A stretch of DNA of 64,000 nt from contig CAZWRV010000011.1 in NCBI GenBank assembly GCA_964636325.1, positions 7,264 through 71,263 on the forward strand, written 5' to 3'. A program made the position numbers and the translations under genes. Shown piece after piece: positions 53,502-63,950 of this stretch. Under the pieces are notes generated by a model, which saw only the letters and a list, made by a program, of their open reading frames with translations, was not told the DNA's origin and searched no databases. Within the stretch, counting starts at the first letter, position 1. Each line of letters begins with the position of its first letter. The DNA comes from an uncultured Victivallaceae bacterium (lineage in GTDB: Bacteria > Verrucomicrobiota > Lentisphaeria > Victivallales > GWF2-50-93).

Positions 53502-54231
53502 AGTATGTCCGGGCGGACCGCTGTCGGAATACGGCGCCGCCAGATGGTATGAGAACCTTTCAAGCCATACGTTTCCGACCAGCTTCGTTAAACTGCGCCC
53601 GATGGAGGTGCAGAGCCTGGCCGAGGGCGAGAAGTCCGGCAGCCATGCCGATGAAGTGATCGCCAGACTGTCGCAGCCGATGAACGCCTATCCCGGCAAC
53701 TGCTTCGTCTTCACCGACCATTATGCTCCGACCGACACTGAGAGGTTCGCGTTGAAGGGCGGCGCCGTTTATTCGCCCGAGAGCGCATGGAAGTTCCTGG
53801 CTCTTAGCGCGAAGATACGCAGGGCTGCGTCCGAAGGTCTGGTGGAGCATCTCTGCGTGCGCCCGTTCAGGCGGATCACCAGGCCACGCGAGTTCAGGCT
53901 CTTCATTCACAAGGGTGTCCTGAGCGCCATGAGCCAGTACTGGCTCGTCCGCCATTTCAGGAGGCTGCAGGGGGTGAGGCAGCGCTACTGGGATATGGCC
54001 GAAAAGTTCGTCACCGAGATCTCATGGCTGCTGCCGCAGCACACGCTGGTGATGGACGTTTATTTCACCGCCAAGGGGCAGATACTCATAATAGACATCA
54101 ATCCCTGGGGACCTCCGACGGATCCGCTGCTCATGCAGACCTGGGAGCGGGACTGGGATGCCCCCGTCCGGATAGCGACCATAATCCCGCCGCCGGAAAC
54201 CATTTCCGGAGACGTGAAGGTTTCATTTTAG
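53488..54231 (+). CDS. CDC123/D123-family ATP-grasp-like protein
   Basis: LCVRPFRRITRPREFRLFIHKGVLSAMSQY and VMDVYFTAKGQILIIDINPWGPPTDPLLMQTWERDW match the D123 family blocks (EFRcFV..isQ; D.y....liDfNP....TD.LLF.W). Overlaps the upstream gene by 14 nt. Confidence 0.55.
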   Translation: MTISEVCPGGPLSEYGAARWYENLSSHTFPTSFVKLRPMEVQSLAEGEKSGSHADEVIARLSQPMNAYPGNCFVFTDHYAPTDTERFALKGGAVYSPESAWKFLALSAKIRRAASEGLVEHLCVRPFRRITRPREFRLFIHKGVLSAMSQYWLVRHFRRLQGVRQRYWDMAEKFVTEISWLLPQHTLVMDVYFTAKGQILIIDINPWGPPTDPLLMQTWERDWDAPVRIATIIPPPETISGDVKVSF

Positions 54232-54313
54232 CGTCCTTATTTTTGGCATCTATGCGGGGTTGAGTGTTTGTTGTCGGACATCAAATCTGGTTGTGGGTGA
54301 AGCCCGCCTTAAG

Positions 54314-56194
54314 ATGAAATCATATCTGCTCGTATTCTTTCTTTTCTTCTCCGCGGCCTTGCACGGCGCAGGGATCGCAGTCGAGCGCCTCGAATGGGGG
54401 TTCGACGGCAAGGTGTCGCTGAACCAATTCAACATGCTGCGGGTGCTTTTCAGCAACCAGTCGGACAAGCCGTTCGACGGCGAGGTGATCCTGCAGAGGT
54501 CCTATTTCGGCGGGGGGGCGGGCCCGGGGGGGGTTTGTTGGGGGGGGGGGGGGGGGGGCGGGCCGCGCATCGGCCTTCCGTCCGCCAGGGAACTTTATAT
54601 CACGCCGCATTCAGCGAAATGGGTGCTTTTCTCGCCGTTCGTGAGATCCGACAACATGGAATGGATCATCAGGTGGGGCGACGGTAAGGGGGCGTCCTAC
54701 AACGTGTCCAGGCCCCCGGCGGGTCCTCCGGCCACGGTGCTTCTGCGTCCCGATAACATCCTCTACGGGAAGTCGAAGCTCCGCAGCTTCGAGGACGCAT
54801 TCTTCCCGCCGTCGGTTTCCCTCTGCGCCGGTCTGGACACCGTCGTGATCGCCGAACCGCCCCGCTTCACTCCGGTCCAGTGCCAGGCGTTCCTCGACTG
54901 GCTGCGGAGCGGTGGTACCGCCGTGGTCGTCCACGGCCCGGACGGCAGATATCCTCTCTTTCCGCCGGAGCTTGCGGTGCTGGACTCCACGGCGGAGGAT
55001 GCCGCGGGCGCGGGAAGGATCGCCAGGTTCCCCGTCGCAACTGCGGATGTGTCGCTGGAGTTCCTGAGGGGGAAGGGGCTTGTGGACAGGCCCGACGGAG
55101 ACGGCGGCCAGGCGCACGCGCCCGGCGACTACTACTATTACTCGAGCTATGACAGCATACAGAGTTCGATGTCACAGTATTTCAAGGTACTTGTGGCGAC
55201 CGAGCACAACTGGTGGCTCATATTTTCCGTGGCTCTAGGGTATGTGTTCGTAATATCGTTCGGCAACCAGTATGTCGCGCGGAAAACGAGGAACACTGCA
55301 ATCCCTTTCATCTTCTTCGGCGCCATGGTGGCGCTCTTCTGCGTGTTTTTCGCGTTTGTCGGCAGGAGGGGGACCGGCGAGATTACCTGCGTCCACGACA
55401 TCAGCTACGCCCGCGACTGCGGGGACGGCGCGTTCAACGTGTCCCAGTGGGCCAGCGTCTTCGTGACTTCGACCGGGCGCTACACCGTGGCCCATCCCGG
55501 CGAATACAGGTACTACGCCGACTGCTCGTACGATGACACCAACGTCGACGGAGTCATCTCCAGCGGCAAGGCCGGGAACGTGCGCCTCAGGATCCCGCTG
55601 TATTCCTCGAAGGACATCTTCTGCCAGGGATGCATGGAATGTCCGGGCGCGGCATTCTCCCTTAAGGACGTCGGATTCGGCAAGGATTCGCTTTCCTCCT
55701 TGGAAGTCGCAGCCTCCCCAAAATTCGGCGGCAATATCCATGGCGCATGGGCGGTCCACAAGGACAGGCTCTACACGATGACGGCTAAGGACTCCTCAAG
55801 CTTTTCAATCGGGCGCGGGCAGCCTCTTGACAAATATCTTGAGGAATGGGCCCGGAGTCACGCCAACGACTTCTACAAATACATGTATGGATATGGCGAA
55901 AAGAAAAAAGTTGACGAGATGGAAATCCTCTCCACTCTCAAGTCTTCCATCGTTCCGCGGCTCATAGCCAGGAGCCTGGAGAAAGGCGGAGATTCCCAGG
56001 ACGGAAGGACTGCAAAGATCAGGAAACCTACGTCCGGCGCACTGGAGCTGTATGTCCTGGCCGACACTCCGCCCACCTTTCAGGCGGTCGGAGAAAATCT
56101 TGGAGTCAAGAACGGGCGTACCCTCTTCCACTTCAGCTTCACGGTGAAGGAGCCTGCAGACGGAAAGGGCGGGGCACCGCCGGAGGGGAAGTAA
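54314..56194 (+). CDS. membrane protein with secreted N-terminal domain; contains Gly-run encoded by a G19 tract
   Basis: Start moved to MKSYLLVFFLFFSAALHG (signal peptide). Central TM pair. AGLDTVVIAEPPRFTPVQCQAFLDWLRSGGTAVVV is loosely DUF4350/GldG-like. Precedes ABC-2 transporter genes. Confidence 0.6.
   Translation: MKSYLLVFFLFFSAALHGAGIAVERLEWGFDGKVSLNQFNMLRVLFSNQSDKPFDGEVILQRSYFGGGAGPGGVCWGGGGGGGPRIGLPSARELYITPHSAKWVLFSPFVRSDNMEWIIRWGDGKGASYNVSRPPAGPPATVLLRPDNILYGKSKLRSFEDAFFPPSVSLCAGLDTVVIAEPPRFTPVQCQAFLDWLRSGGTAVVVHGPDGRYPLFPPELAVLDSTAEDAAGAGRIARFPVATADVSLEFLRGKGLVDRPDGDGGQAHAPGDYYYYSSYDSIQSSMSQYFKVLVATEHNWWLIFSVALGYVFVISFGNQYVARKTRNTAIPFIFFGAMVALFCVFFAFVGRRGTGEITCVHDISYARDCGDGAFNVSQWASVFVTSTGRYTVAHPGEYRYYADCSYDDTNVDGVISSGKAGNVRLRIPLYSSKDIFCQGCMECPGAAFSLKDVGFGKDSLSSLEVAASPKFGGNIHGAWAVHKDRLYTMTAKDSSSFSIGRGQPLDKYLEEWARSHANDFYKYMYGYGEKKKVDEMEILSTLKSSIVPRLIARSLEKGGDSQDGRTAKIRKPTSGALELYVLADTPPTFQAVGENLGVKNGRTLFHFSFTVKEPADGKGGAPPEGK
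54540..54558 (+). repeat. G19 homopolymer inside CDS (with G7 at 54512-54518 and G8 at 54526-54533)
   Basis: Counted directly. Encodes W-GGGGGGG-P in frame. Confidence 0.95.
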
Positions 56195-56411
56195 GAGAGT
56201 GGGGGGGGGCGCGCCAGACAGTAGGAAAGCCGAAAGGTGAATTGTAGGTCGCGGGCCACGAAGTCATCGTGTGATTGAGTTGCCGGATTGCTGATAATGT
56301 GGGCTCGTCCGCAAGTCCCTGTCCCTCTCCATCACGCCGATAGGTTGCGACAGGCATCGGCAGGTTTCGAGAATTGGATTTTGCTGATCAAAGAACACAT
56401 GAGGAAATACC

Positions 56412-57386
56412 ATGTCTGAATCATCAAACGTCCCGGACGTCCCGGCCCTAGCTTTCCTGAACCTATTCCACAAGTTCAAGTACAACCACGTCCTGAAGAA
56501 CGTCACGTTCTCGGTCGCGAGGAACTCGATACACGGCTTCGTGGGACCGAACGGCGCGGGGAAGACGACGACGCTGAAGCTGTCGGCCACGATATTGAGG
56601 CCGCAGGGCGAGAATGTCATCAAGGTCTTCGGGCGCGACGTCGGCAGGGACTATGTGGAGGTGAGGAAGAGGATAGGTTTCATGCCCGACTACTTCACCA
56701 TGTACAAGCAGATGACCGTCTTCGAATACCTGGACTTCTTCGCGGCGGCCTACGGCCTCGTGCAAAGGGACCGCGACAAGGTGATCGGCGACCTGCTCGA
56801 CCTTACGGACATGGGCGCCAGAAAGAACGACCGCCTGCCGACGCTCTCGCGGGGCATGCAGCAGCGCGTAAGCCTGGCGCGTGTTCTGGTGCACGATCCG
56901 GAGCTGCTCCTGCTGGACGAGCCGGCCAGCGGCCTCGACCCCAGGGCCAGGATCGAGCTCATGGAGATACTCAAGGAGCTGCAGGGCATGGGCAAGACGA
57001 TATTCATCAGCTCGCACATCCTCAGCGAGCTGGCCGATCTCTGCGACAGCGTGACGATCATCGATACGGGCACGATAAAATATTCCGGGCCGATCGTGGA
57101 CCTGCTAAGGCACGGCGGCGCCGAAACACAGGTCTACAGGATCGGTCTCAAGGAGGCCTGCCCCGCCGCGGCCGAGGAGCTCAAGAGGACGAAAGGCGTC
57201 ATCGAGGTCGCAACAGAAAGGGACGGCCTTGACCTGAAAGTCTCGATCGACTGCGCGCAGGCCTCGACGAATTCAATCATCGAGGCCGCGATGAAGGGCG
57301 GCGCGCAGATCGCCTTCTTCAAGGAGGAGATGAAGCATCTCAACCAGGTCTTCCTGGACCTCACCAGCAGGGGAAAGGACATCTGA
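56412..57386 (+). CDS. ABC transporter ATP-binding protein (ABC-2 type)
   Basis: Walker A GPNGAGKTT, signature LSRGMQQR, Walker B LLLLDEP. Confidence 0.9.
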   Translation: MSESSNVPDVPALAFLNLFHKFKYNHVLKNVTFSVARNSIHGFVGPNGAGKTTTLKLSATILRPQGENVIKVFGRDVGRDYVEVRKRIGFMPDYFTMYKQMTVFEYLDFFAAAYGLVQRDRDKVIGDLLDLTDMGARKNDRLPTLSRGMQQRVSLARVLVHDPELLLLDEPASGLDPRARIELMEILKELQGMGKTIFISSHILSELADLCDSVTIIDTGTIKYSGPIVDLLRHGGAETQVYRIGLKEACPAAAEELKRTKGVIEVATERDGLDLKVSIDCAQASTNSIIEAAMKGGAQIAFFKEEMKHLNQVFLDLTSRGKDI

Positions 57387-58963
57387 TGAGAATCCCCCTC
57401 CCCAACATGGTCCTCTTCAAATACAGCCTTCGTACGGACATCCTTCAGTGGCAGAACTATCTGTCGCGCCTGATCATGATGATCATAATACTCTTCATAC
57501 TGCTGGAGTTTGTCCTTCCCGGAGCGTTCAGGAGGTCCGGCAGCGGCCTTAACTTCTTCGTCTCGATATCCATGATCAATATCGTGTTCATCAACCTTTT
57601 GGCCGTGTCGTTCTTCTCGTCCGCGGTCACGGAGGAGAAGGAGGCCGAGTCGCTGGCGCTTCTCCTGATGACCGGCCTGAGCCCGTTCACGATGCTGCTG
57701 AGCAAGAGCACCAGCAAGCTGATCCTCGGGATGACGCTTATCGTAGCGCAGATACCGTTCATAGTTCTTGCAGTTACGCTGGGCGGGGTGGGCTTGGACC
57801 AGATATTTTCAGTTTACCTGGTGATACTGGCGCATACGGTCCTGCTCTGCAGCATGGCCCTGCTTCCGTCGGTTATATTCAACGAGACCGTCACGGCGGC
57901 ATGCTTCACGTTCCTGGGGATCGCTGCATTCCACTTCTCCACCGCATACTGGGAGACCCTCAACTTCCTTTCGCCGTTCTATGCCGTGATCCAGATGACA
58001 AGGAATTATTCCTTCGACATCTTCGTTTTGGTGTGGAATCCGGCCGTAAACATCTTGGTTGGCGCGGCCATCTTCGTCATTTCGTTCGGACTCTTCAACC
58101 GGTTCTCGCGCTCCGGCGGGAAGGGAGGCGAGGGGAGGATCGCCGCTCTGAAGCAGATTTCCGGCAGGAACCGCTTCAAGGGCTGGCTCGGGGCGGGAAG
58201 GGCGTGGAGATACGCGTTCGCATGGAAGGAATACTTCTTCACTGCGGGCGGAAAGCTCACCGCGCTGAGCAGCGCCGTTACTTTCGCAGTCCTCTTCGCC
58301 GGCATATACATATATTTCGGATATGTGAAGGGCGACATGTCGTTCAAGGATCTGCTCTGGGGTATACTGGTGGTCTCGATCATCGCCTGCATATTGAAGA
58401 TGATATATGTCACCGGAACCTTCCTTGGCAACGAGGTATGGAGCAAGACCCTGCCGGCGCTGGTGATTCTGCCCGTGCCTATAAAGAGGATACTGCGCCA
58501 GAAGCTCGCCGGCGGGATGCTGATGCTCCTCCCTTCCCTCGGCTTCATCGCATTGTCAATCGTTCTCCTGATAGGAATGGACTTCGACAACTTCTGCAGG
58601 GACGTGGACAACATACGCCTGGACGAGTTCTTCACCGAAAGCGCCATGGTGACGATGTCATATCTGGCGCTCTACGCCATAAAGCTCGTCTTCTTCTTCT
58701 ACCTATACGCATACGTCTCGATGGTGGTGAGATACGGCTCGATCGTCGTCGCCGGCCTGATATTTATCGGCGTTGGTATCGCGCTGGGCCTCCCAGGCTA
58801 CATACTTCTTGCGACCAGCGCCATTATGACGGGGGTGGGCGGGTCGTTTTTAGGCGGCATGTCCATCGGCATCATGATAAGCGCGGCGGGGCACCTCGTG
58901 GGCATATTTCTCCTGAGGAGCATGTCCTACAGGAAGATCGAACAGCTCGCGGGAAGCATATAG
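57386..58963 (+). CDS. ABC-2-type transporter permease (large, about 12 TM)
   Basis: 525-aa highly hydrophobic protein, start-stop coupled to the ATPase gene. Confidence 0.7.
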   Translation: MRIPLPNMVLFKYSLRTDILQWQNYLSRLIMMIIILFILLEFVLPGAFRRSGSGLNFFVSISMINIVFINLLAVSFFSSAVTEEKEAESLALLLMTGLSPFTMLLSKSTSKLILGMTLIVAQIPFIVLAVTLGGVGLDQIFSVYLVILAHTVLLCSMALLPSVIFNETVTAACFTFLGIAAFHFSTAYWETLNFLSPFYAVIQMTRNYSFDIFVLVWNPAVNILVGAAIFVISFGLFNRFSRSGGKGGEGRIAALKQISGRNRFKGWLGAGRAWRYAFAWKEYFFTAGGKLTALSSAVTFAVLFAGIYIYFGYVKGDMSFKDLLWGILVVSIIACILKMIYVTGTFLGNEVWSKTLPALVILPVPIKRILRQKLAGGMLMLLPSLGFIALSIVLLIGMDFDNFCRDVDNIRLDEFFTESAMVTMSYLALYAIKLVFFFYLYAYVSMVVRYGSIVVAGLIFIGVGIALGLPGYILLATSAIMTGVGGSFLGGMSIGIMISAAGHLVGIFLLRSMSYRKIEQLAGSI

Positions 58964-58991
58964 TCTGAGTTATCCGCATCAGGCGGATAAT

Positions 58992-60056
58992 TCAGATATA
59001 CTGCCTGTATTTCTTGCCCAGGAACTGAATGTTCCGCGATATGAGGTCGTTCCTCTGGCGGACGCATGCGGCGGACCTCAGCGGATCCTCCGGCGTGTTC
59101 TCGAGGTAGTCCAGTAGGACTTCCACGGTGCTTGTCGCAAGATGGATCCTGGTGTCCGACGATGCGTAGTAGATGAATATCCTCCCATCGTCCTTTGCCA
59201 CCGCGCCGTTGCAGAAGAGGACGTTCGAGACGTCGCCGGTCCGCTCCGCGCCCATCGGGGCGAGGAAATATCCGCCCGGCCTTCTGATGACCTTTTCCGG
59301 ATGCTTCAGGTCGCATAGGAACGCGTAGAGGACGTATCTCAGTCCGGCGGCCGTATTCCTGACCCCGTGCGCTATGTGGATCCAGCCCTTGGAGGTCTTG
59401 ATCGGCGGCGCGCCCATGCCGTTCTTCCCCTCCTTGATCGTGTGGTACGCCCTCGGTTCCATTATGAACTCATCGCCGATTCTGGCGTGCTCGACGCTGT
59501 CGGACAGGGCCCATCCGATGCCGCCGCCTTTGCCGGCCTCCATGAACGCGTCCTGCGGCCTCGTGTAGAAGGCGTATTTGCCGTTTATGAATTCCGGATG
59601 GAGGACGACGTTGCGCTGCTGCGGTGATTCCGACTTGATGTCGTCGAGGCGCTCCCATTTCTCCAGGTCCTTGGTCCTCACGAGTCCGCACTGCGCGACG
59701 GCGCTGGACATATCCCAGGCTGGGGCGGACGTGTCCTTCCGCTCGGTGCAGAATATCCCGTAGATCCAGCCGTCTTCATGGCGGACCAGCCGCATGTCGC
59801 AGACGTTCACGTCGGGATTGTCCGTCTCCGGGATGACGGCAGGCCGGTCGCGGAAGCGGAATCCGTCCACGCCGTTCCTGCTCTCCGCCACCGCGAAGAA
59901 CGACTTCCTGTCCACGCCCTCGATCCTGGCCACCAGGCAGATTTTCCCGTCGAACTCGATTGTTCCGGTGTTGAACTTGGAAATATTTTTTCGGATAAGT
60001 ATGCCGCCTTCGCCGAAGGCGGCACTGGGCGACTTTGGCGAAGTCGCCATACTCAT
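58992..60056 (-). CDS. glycoside hydrolase family 130 (beta-mannoside phosphorylase/hydrolase-like)
   Basis: [20 protein letters not shown]...[19 protein letters not shown]...[10 protein letters not shown]...[13 protein letters not shown] is the typical GH130 five-bladed propeller pattern. Start moved to Met24. Confidence 0.7.
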   Translation of the reverse strand: MSMATSPKSPSAAFGEGGILIRKNISKFNTGTIEFDGKICLVARIEGVDRKSFFAVAESRNGVDGFRFRDRPAVIPETDNPDVNVCDMRLVRHEDGWIYGIFCTERKDTSAPAWDMSSAVAQCGLVRTKDLEKWERLDDIKSESPQQRNVVLHPEFINGKYAFYTRPQDAFMEAGKGGGIGWALSDSVEHARIGDEFIMEPRAYHTIKEGKNGMGAPPIKTSKGWIHIAHGVRNTAAGLRYVLYAFLCDLKHPEKVIRRPGGYFLAPMGAERTGDVSNVLFCNGAVAKDDGRIFIYYASSDTRIHLATSTVEVLLDYLENTPEDPLRSAACVRQRNDLISRNIQFLGKKYRQYI

Positions 60057-60152
60057 ATCCCGGCGCGCCGTGAGGGTGCATTTTTGCCGCAGGAAAAACT
60101 TAGCCCCATGCAGAATATAATGCAAAATAAATTTTGCGTCCCGCAGAATTTA

Positions 60153-61964
60153 TCATATCTCCTGAGAGAGCCTGAATTCCCTGTAGAGCTTGGCGTATGT
60201 TCCGCCCATCTTGAGGAGCTGGCGGTGGGTGCCGCGCTCGGCGATCCTTCCGTTGAGTATGACAAGGACGATGTCCGCGTTCTTGATGGTGCTGAGGCGG
60301 TGGGCGACTATGAAGCTTGTCCGTCCGGCGAGAAGCTTCGCCAGCGCGGACTGTATTTTCGCCTCAGTTATGGCGTCGACGGAGCTTGTGGCCTCGTCCA
60401 GGATGAGTATCTTGGGGTCGGCCAGCATCGCCCTGCTGAAGCAGATGAGCTGCCGCTGTCCGAGCGACAGTCCGACCCCGTTCTCTCCGACCCTGGTGTC
60501 GAATCCGTCGGGCAGCGCCTCGATGATGTCGAGGCAGTCGATCTTTGCCGCCGCCTCTTTCGCATCGGCCGCAGTCGCCCCGTGCTTCCCGATCAGTATG
60601 TTTTCGAGGACTGTCCCCGAGAAGAGAAAGTTCTGCTGGATCACGATGCCGATCTGCTCCCTCAGCGGCGCGCTTCTTATTTTAAGGATGTCCGTGCCGT
60701 CGATGGTTATCTGGCCTTCGTCGGGGATGTAGAACTTCGCCACCAGGTTGGTGATCGTGCTCTTGCCGCCGCCGGTAGGCCCGACGAGCGCGACAATCTT
60801 CCCCGGATCGGCCCTGAAGCTTATCCCATGGAGGATTTTCTTGCCCTTCACATAGGAGAAGCCGACGTCGCGGAACTCCACGCAGCCTCTGATCTCCTTG
60901 ACTGGCTCCGCGTCGGGGGCGTCCTCCCAGTCCGGCTTCGCCTCGAGGAAGTTGAGGACGCGCTCCGCACCGGTCATCGCCGTAAGCGCCTGGTTGTACT
61001 GGCCGGCGAGCACCTGTATCGGGGAGAAGAAGTAGTTGGACAGGAAGAGGAACTGGATGAGGCTGCCGATCGGCATCGGCGATTCCGGGCTCAGCACCCT
61101 GTAGCCGCCGATCAGGACTAGCGCCGACAGGAAAATCTGGCTGTTGAGCTCCAGCAGCGGGATGAACACCGATTCCGTCTCGGTCACCCGCAGGTTGTAT
61201 TTCGAGTGGTCGTAGACCAGATCCTTGAATATCTGCGCGTTGACGTCCTGCCGCGCGAAGCCCTGGATAACCTTGATGCCCTTGATGGACTCGGCTACCG
61301 TGGCGGTAACTCGGCTGAAGCTCTCCTGCACCTCGCGGTAGGCGTGTATCAGCCGCAGTCTGAAGTAGCGGTTTATCCCCCATATCACCGGGGCCATCGC
61401 GAGCATTATAAGGAACATCGTCCAGTCGTAGTAGATCATCATGACGGACGCTACAAGCATCGAGCCCGCCTGGACGACGCTCACGAACACGACGTTCTGT
61501 ATCCCCATCCTCACAGATTCGGCGTCGGACGTGAAGCGGCTTATGATTCTTCCGAGCCTGGTTGCGCTGAAGAACCCCATCTGCATCCCGAGCAGCTTGC
61601 TGAAAAGATCACGGCGTATGTCGTGGATCACGGACTCGCCGAACTCGGACGCGGTCCTCTGCCTGAAATGGAACGTGATCTGGGTGAAGAGCGTAAGAAG
61701 GAAGAATACGAGTATCCCCCAGGCTATCCCGGAACAGTCCTTGGACGTGATGGGGCCGTTGATGACTTCGCCCAGCGCCCAGGTCACGAGCGGAAGCTGA
61801 ACCGCGCGCAGGCAGACGAGGAAGACCAGCAAGTTCACCTTGCCGCGGTAGTGCTTCGCGTATTCGAAGAGCTTCCTGAATATGCCCACGTCGAGCGGAC
61901 GGACGACGGTATGGCGTTCGTCATCACGCCTTATATATGTGATCTTGGACTGCTTCAACCCCAT
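60153..61964 (-). CDS. ABC exporter, fused permease-ATPase (MsbA/MDR-like), subunit 2
   Basis: Six-TM N-terminal half. Walker A GPTGGGKST, signature LSLGQRQ, Walker B ILILDEATS. Confidence 0.85.
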   Translation of the reverse strand: MGLKQSKITYIRRDDERHTVVRPLDVGIFRKLFEYAKHYRGKVNLLVFLVCLRAVQLPLVTWALGEVINGPITSKDCSGIAWGILVFFLLTLFTQITFHFRQRTASEFGESVIHDIRRDLFSKLLGMQMGFFSATRLGRIISRFTSDAESVRMGIQNVVFVSVVQAGSMLVASVMMIYYDWTMFLIMLAMAPVIWGINRYFRLRLIHAYREVQESFSRVTATVAESIKGIKVIQGFARQDVNAQIFKDLVYDHSKYNLRVTETESVFIPLLELNSQIFLSALVLIGGYRVLSPESPMPIGSLIQFLFLSNYFFSPIQVLAGQYNQALTAMTGAERVLNFLEAKPDWEDAPDAEPVKEIRGCVEFRDVGFSYVKGKKILHGISFRADPGKIVALVGPTGGGKSTITNLVAKFYIPDEGQITIDGTDILKIRSAPLREQIGIVIQQNFLFSGTVLENILIGKHGATAADAKEAAAKIDCLDIIEALPDGFDTRVGENGVGLSLGQRQLICFSRAMLADPKILILDEATSSVDAITEAKIQSALAKLLAGRTSFIVAHRLSTIKNADIVLVILNGRIAERGTHRQLLKMGGTYAKLYREFRLSQEI

Positions 61965-62096
61965 TGATCAGCTCCTGCCTGGATGCGGCGGTCCAGTGAC
62001 TCCCGCCGAAAATATGTATAAAAGATGGTTCCGCGGCTCTTTGACATCGTGACTCCGTGATGCCGCAGGACTTCGCACTGGCGGATCCGACCCGGC

Positions 62097-63950
62097 CTAC
62101 GTCTGCGGCGGGACGTTCTCGTCCAGCATCTGTATGTTCGCCGTCCTCGAATAATGCCCCTTCATTCTCATGAGCTCGTCATGGGTGCCCCTCTGCGCGA
62201 TCTGCCCCTTGTGCAGGACGAGTATGATGTCGCAGCGCCTCAGGACGTTGATGCGGTGCGAGACTATGAAGGTGGTCCTGCCCTTCATGACTCCGTCTAT
62301 TGCCTCCAGTATTTCGTTCTCGGTTTCCGGATCTACCGCCGCGGTTGGGTCGTCCAGAAGCAGGATCGGCGGCTCCAGGAGCACGGCGCGGGCTATTGCC
62401 AGGCGCTGCCGCTGCCCGCCGGAAAGGTCGGAGCCCGCTTCGCCGATGACGGTATCGTAGCCCTGGGCGAGCCTCATGATGAAGTCGTGCGCCGAGGCGA
62501 TCTTCGCGGCCTTCTCCACCTGTTCCCTGGTCGCCTTCGGATGCCCGAAGGCGATGTTTGCGGCCACCGTGTTGCTGAAGAGGAAGCTTTCCTGGAAGAC
62601 CAGCCCGACGTTTTTGCGGAGGTCTTCAAGGTCTATATCCCTAAGGTTCAGGCCGTCCAGCATGATGTCGCCCTCCTTTACGTCGTAGAACCTCGGGATG
62701 AGGCTCAGCAGCGTACTCTTGCCGGAACCGGTCGTGCCGAGTATGCCGACGCTCTGCCCGGGAGTCACTGCGAAGTCGATCCCGCGCAGGACCGGTTCGC
62801 CGGGCTCGTACCAGAAGCCGACTTTCCGGAAGGAGAGATCGCCGCGGGACTTCCCGATCCTTGCGGGGCTGGCGCAGTTGTCCACGTCCGACCGCATCTC
62901 CAGTATCTCGAAGACCCTGCCCGCCGCAGTAAGGCTCTGCTGGATGTTGTCGACGACTCCGGTGATGACGTTCACCTGCGCGGAGAAGCGCTGCAGAAGC
63001 CCGAGGAACACGATCAGCCCCGTCCCCAGCGGCAGGACGTCCGTCGCGACCAGGTAGCCGCCGTAGCCAAGAAGTATCATGATGTTCATCTGGGTCAGGA
63101 ATTCCATGCCCGGCCCGAACGTCGACACCGCCATGATTATCCTGTATTTCTGGTCGCGGACCGCCGCGTTCGAACGCGCAACCTTCGCGATCTCGTCCGG
63201 TTCCCGGTTGAAGCCCTTCACGACGTGGATGCCCTGAGTCGCCTCGCAGATGTCTAGGATAAGCTTGTCGCTCAGCTCCCTGTCCTTGGCATACGAGGGC
63301 CTGAGCTTCCTAGAGAATATGAAAGACGCAAGCGCCATCGCGGGAATCATGCTCATGCAAGCGAGCGTCAGCTTGACATGAATCGACAGCATGTATATTA
63401 CGTATACCGCCAGCGACACCACAAGAATCGTACCCTGGATTATTACTCCGTCCACGAAGAGCCGCACCGACTGGACGTCGCCGGTGACCCGGTTGATCAG
63501 CGTGCTGCTGGTCCGCGAGTCGAAGAAGCGGAAGCTCATCCGCTGCAGCTTGTCGTAGACCCTGGCGCGAAGATCGACGACTATCCCCTGCTGAAGGAGC
63601 TTCGTTATCGTTATGCTGTAGTAGTAGCTGAGGACGGAGCGGACGAGCGCCAGCGCGATTATCATGCCCGATATGAGGAGGATGGCCTCCATCGGGGTCC
63701 AGGCGGACGGCGGAGCGAAGCCCAGCGGCCATGACGGCGGCTTCGACGAAGGGTTCAGCCTGTGGTTCAGGAAGTCTATCCCGACACCCATGAAGTTTAG
63801 CCCTGCGAGCGCGAAGACAAAAAGGACTATCTGTATGCTAATGGCCTTGATGCAGCCGGTCCTGTACGACCAGCTCAGGGCCAGAAGCCTCCTGAAGATT
63901 TCCGAATTAGACAACCGTTCTGCCTGTGTGTCTGTCCCTGTTTCATTCAT
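62097..63950 (-). CDS. ABC exporter, fused permease-ATPase (MsbA/MDR-like), subunit 1
   Basis: Walker A GTTGSGKST, signature LSGGQRQ, Walker B ILLLDDPTA. The ATG at 63950 overlaps the upstream gene stop. Confidence 0.85.
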   Translation of the reverse strand: MNETGTDTQAERLSNSEIFRRLLALSWSYRTGCIKAISIQIVLFVFALAGLNFMGVGIDFLNHRLNPSSKPPSWPLGFAPPSAWTPMEAILLISGMIIALALVRSVLSYYYSITITKLLQQGIVVDLRARVYDKLQRMSFRFFDSRTSSTLINRVTGDVQSVRLFVDGVIIQGTILVVSLAVYVIYMLSIHVKLTLACMSMIPAMALASFIFSRKLRPSYAKDRELSDKLILDICEATQGIHVVKGFNREPDEIAKVARSNAAVRDQKYRIIMAVSTFGPGMEFLTQMNIMILLGYGGYLVATDVLPLGTGLIVFLGLLQRFSAQVNVITGVVDNIQQSLTAAGRVFEILEMRSDVDNCASPARIGKSRGDLSFRKVGFWYEPGEPVLRGIDFAVTPGQSVGILGTTGSGKSTLLSLIPRFYDVKEGDIMLDGLNLRDIDLEDLRKNVGLVFQESFLFSNTVAANIAFGHPKATREQVEKAAKIASAHDFIMRLAQGYDTVIGEAGSDLSGGQRQRLAIARAVLLEPPILLLDDPTAAVDPETENEILEAIDGVMKGRTTFIVSHRINVLRRCDIILVLHKGQIAQRGTHDELMRMKGHYSRTANIQMLDENVPPQT

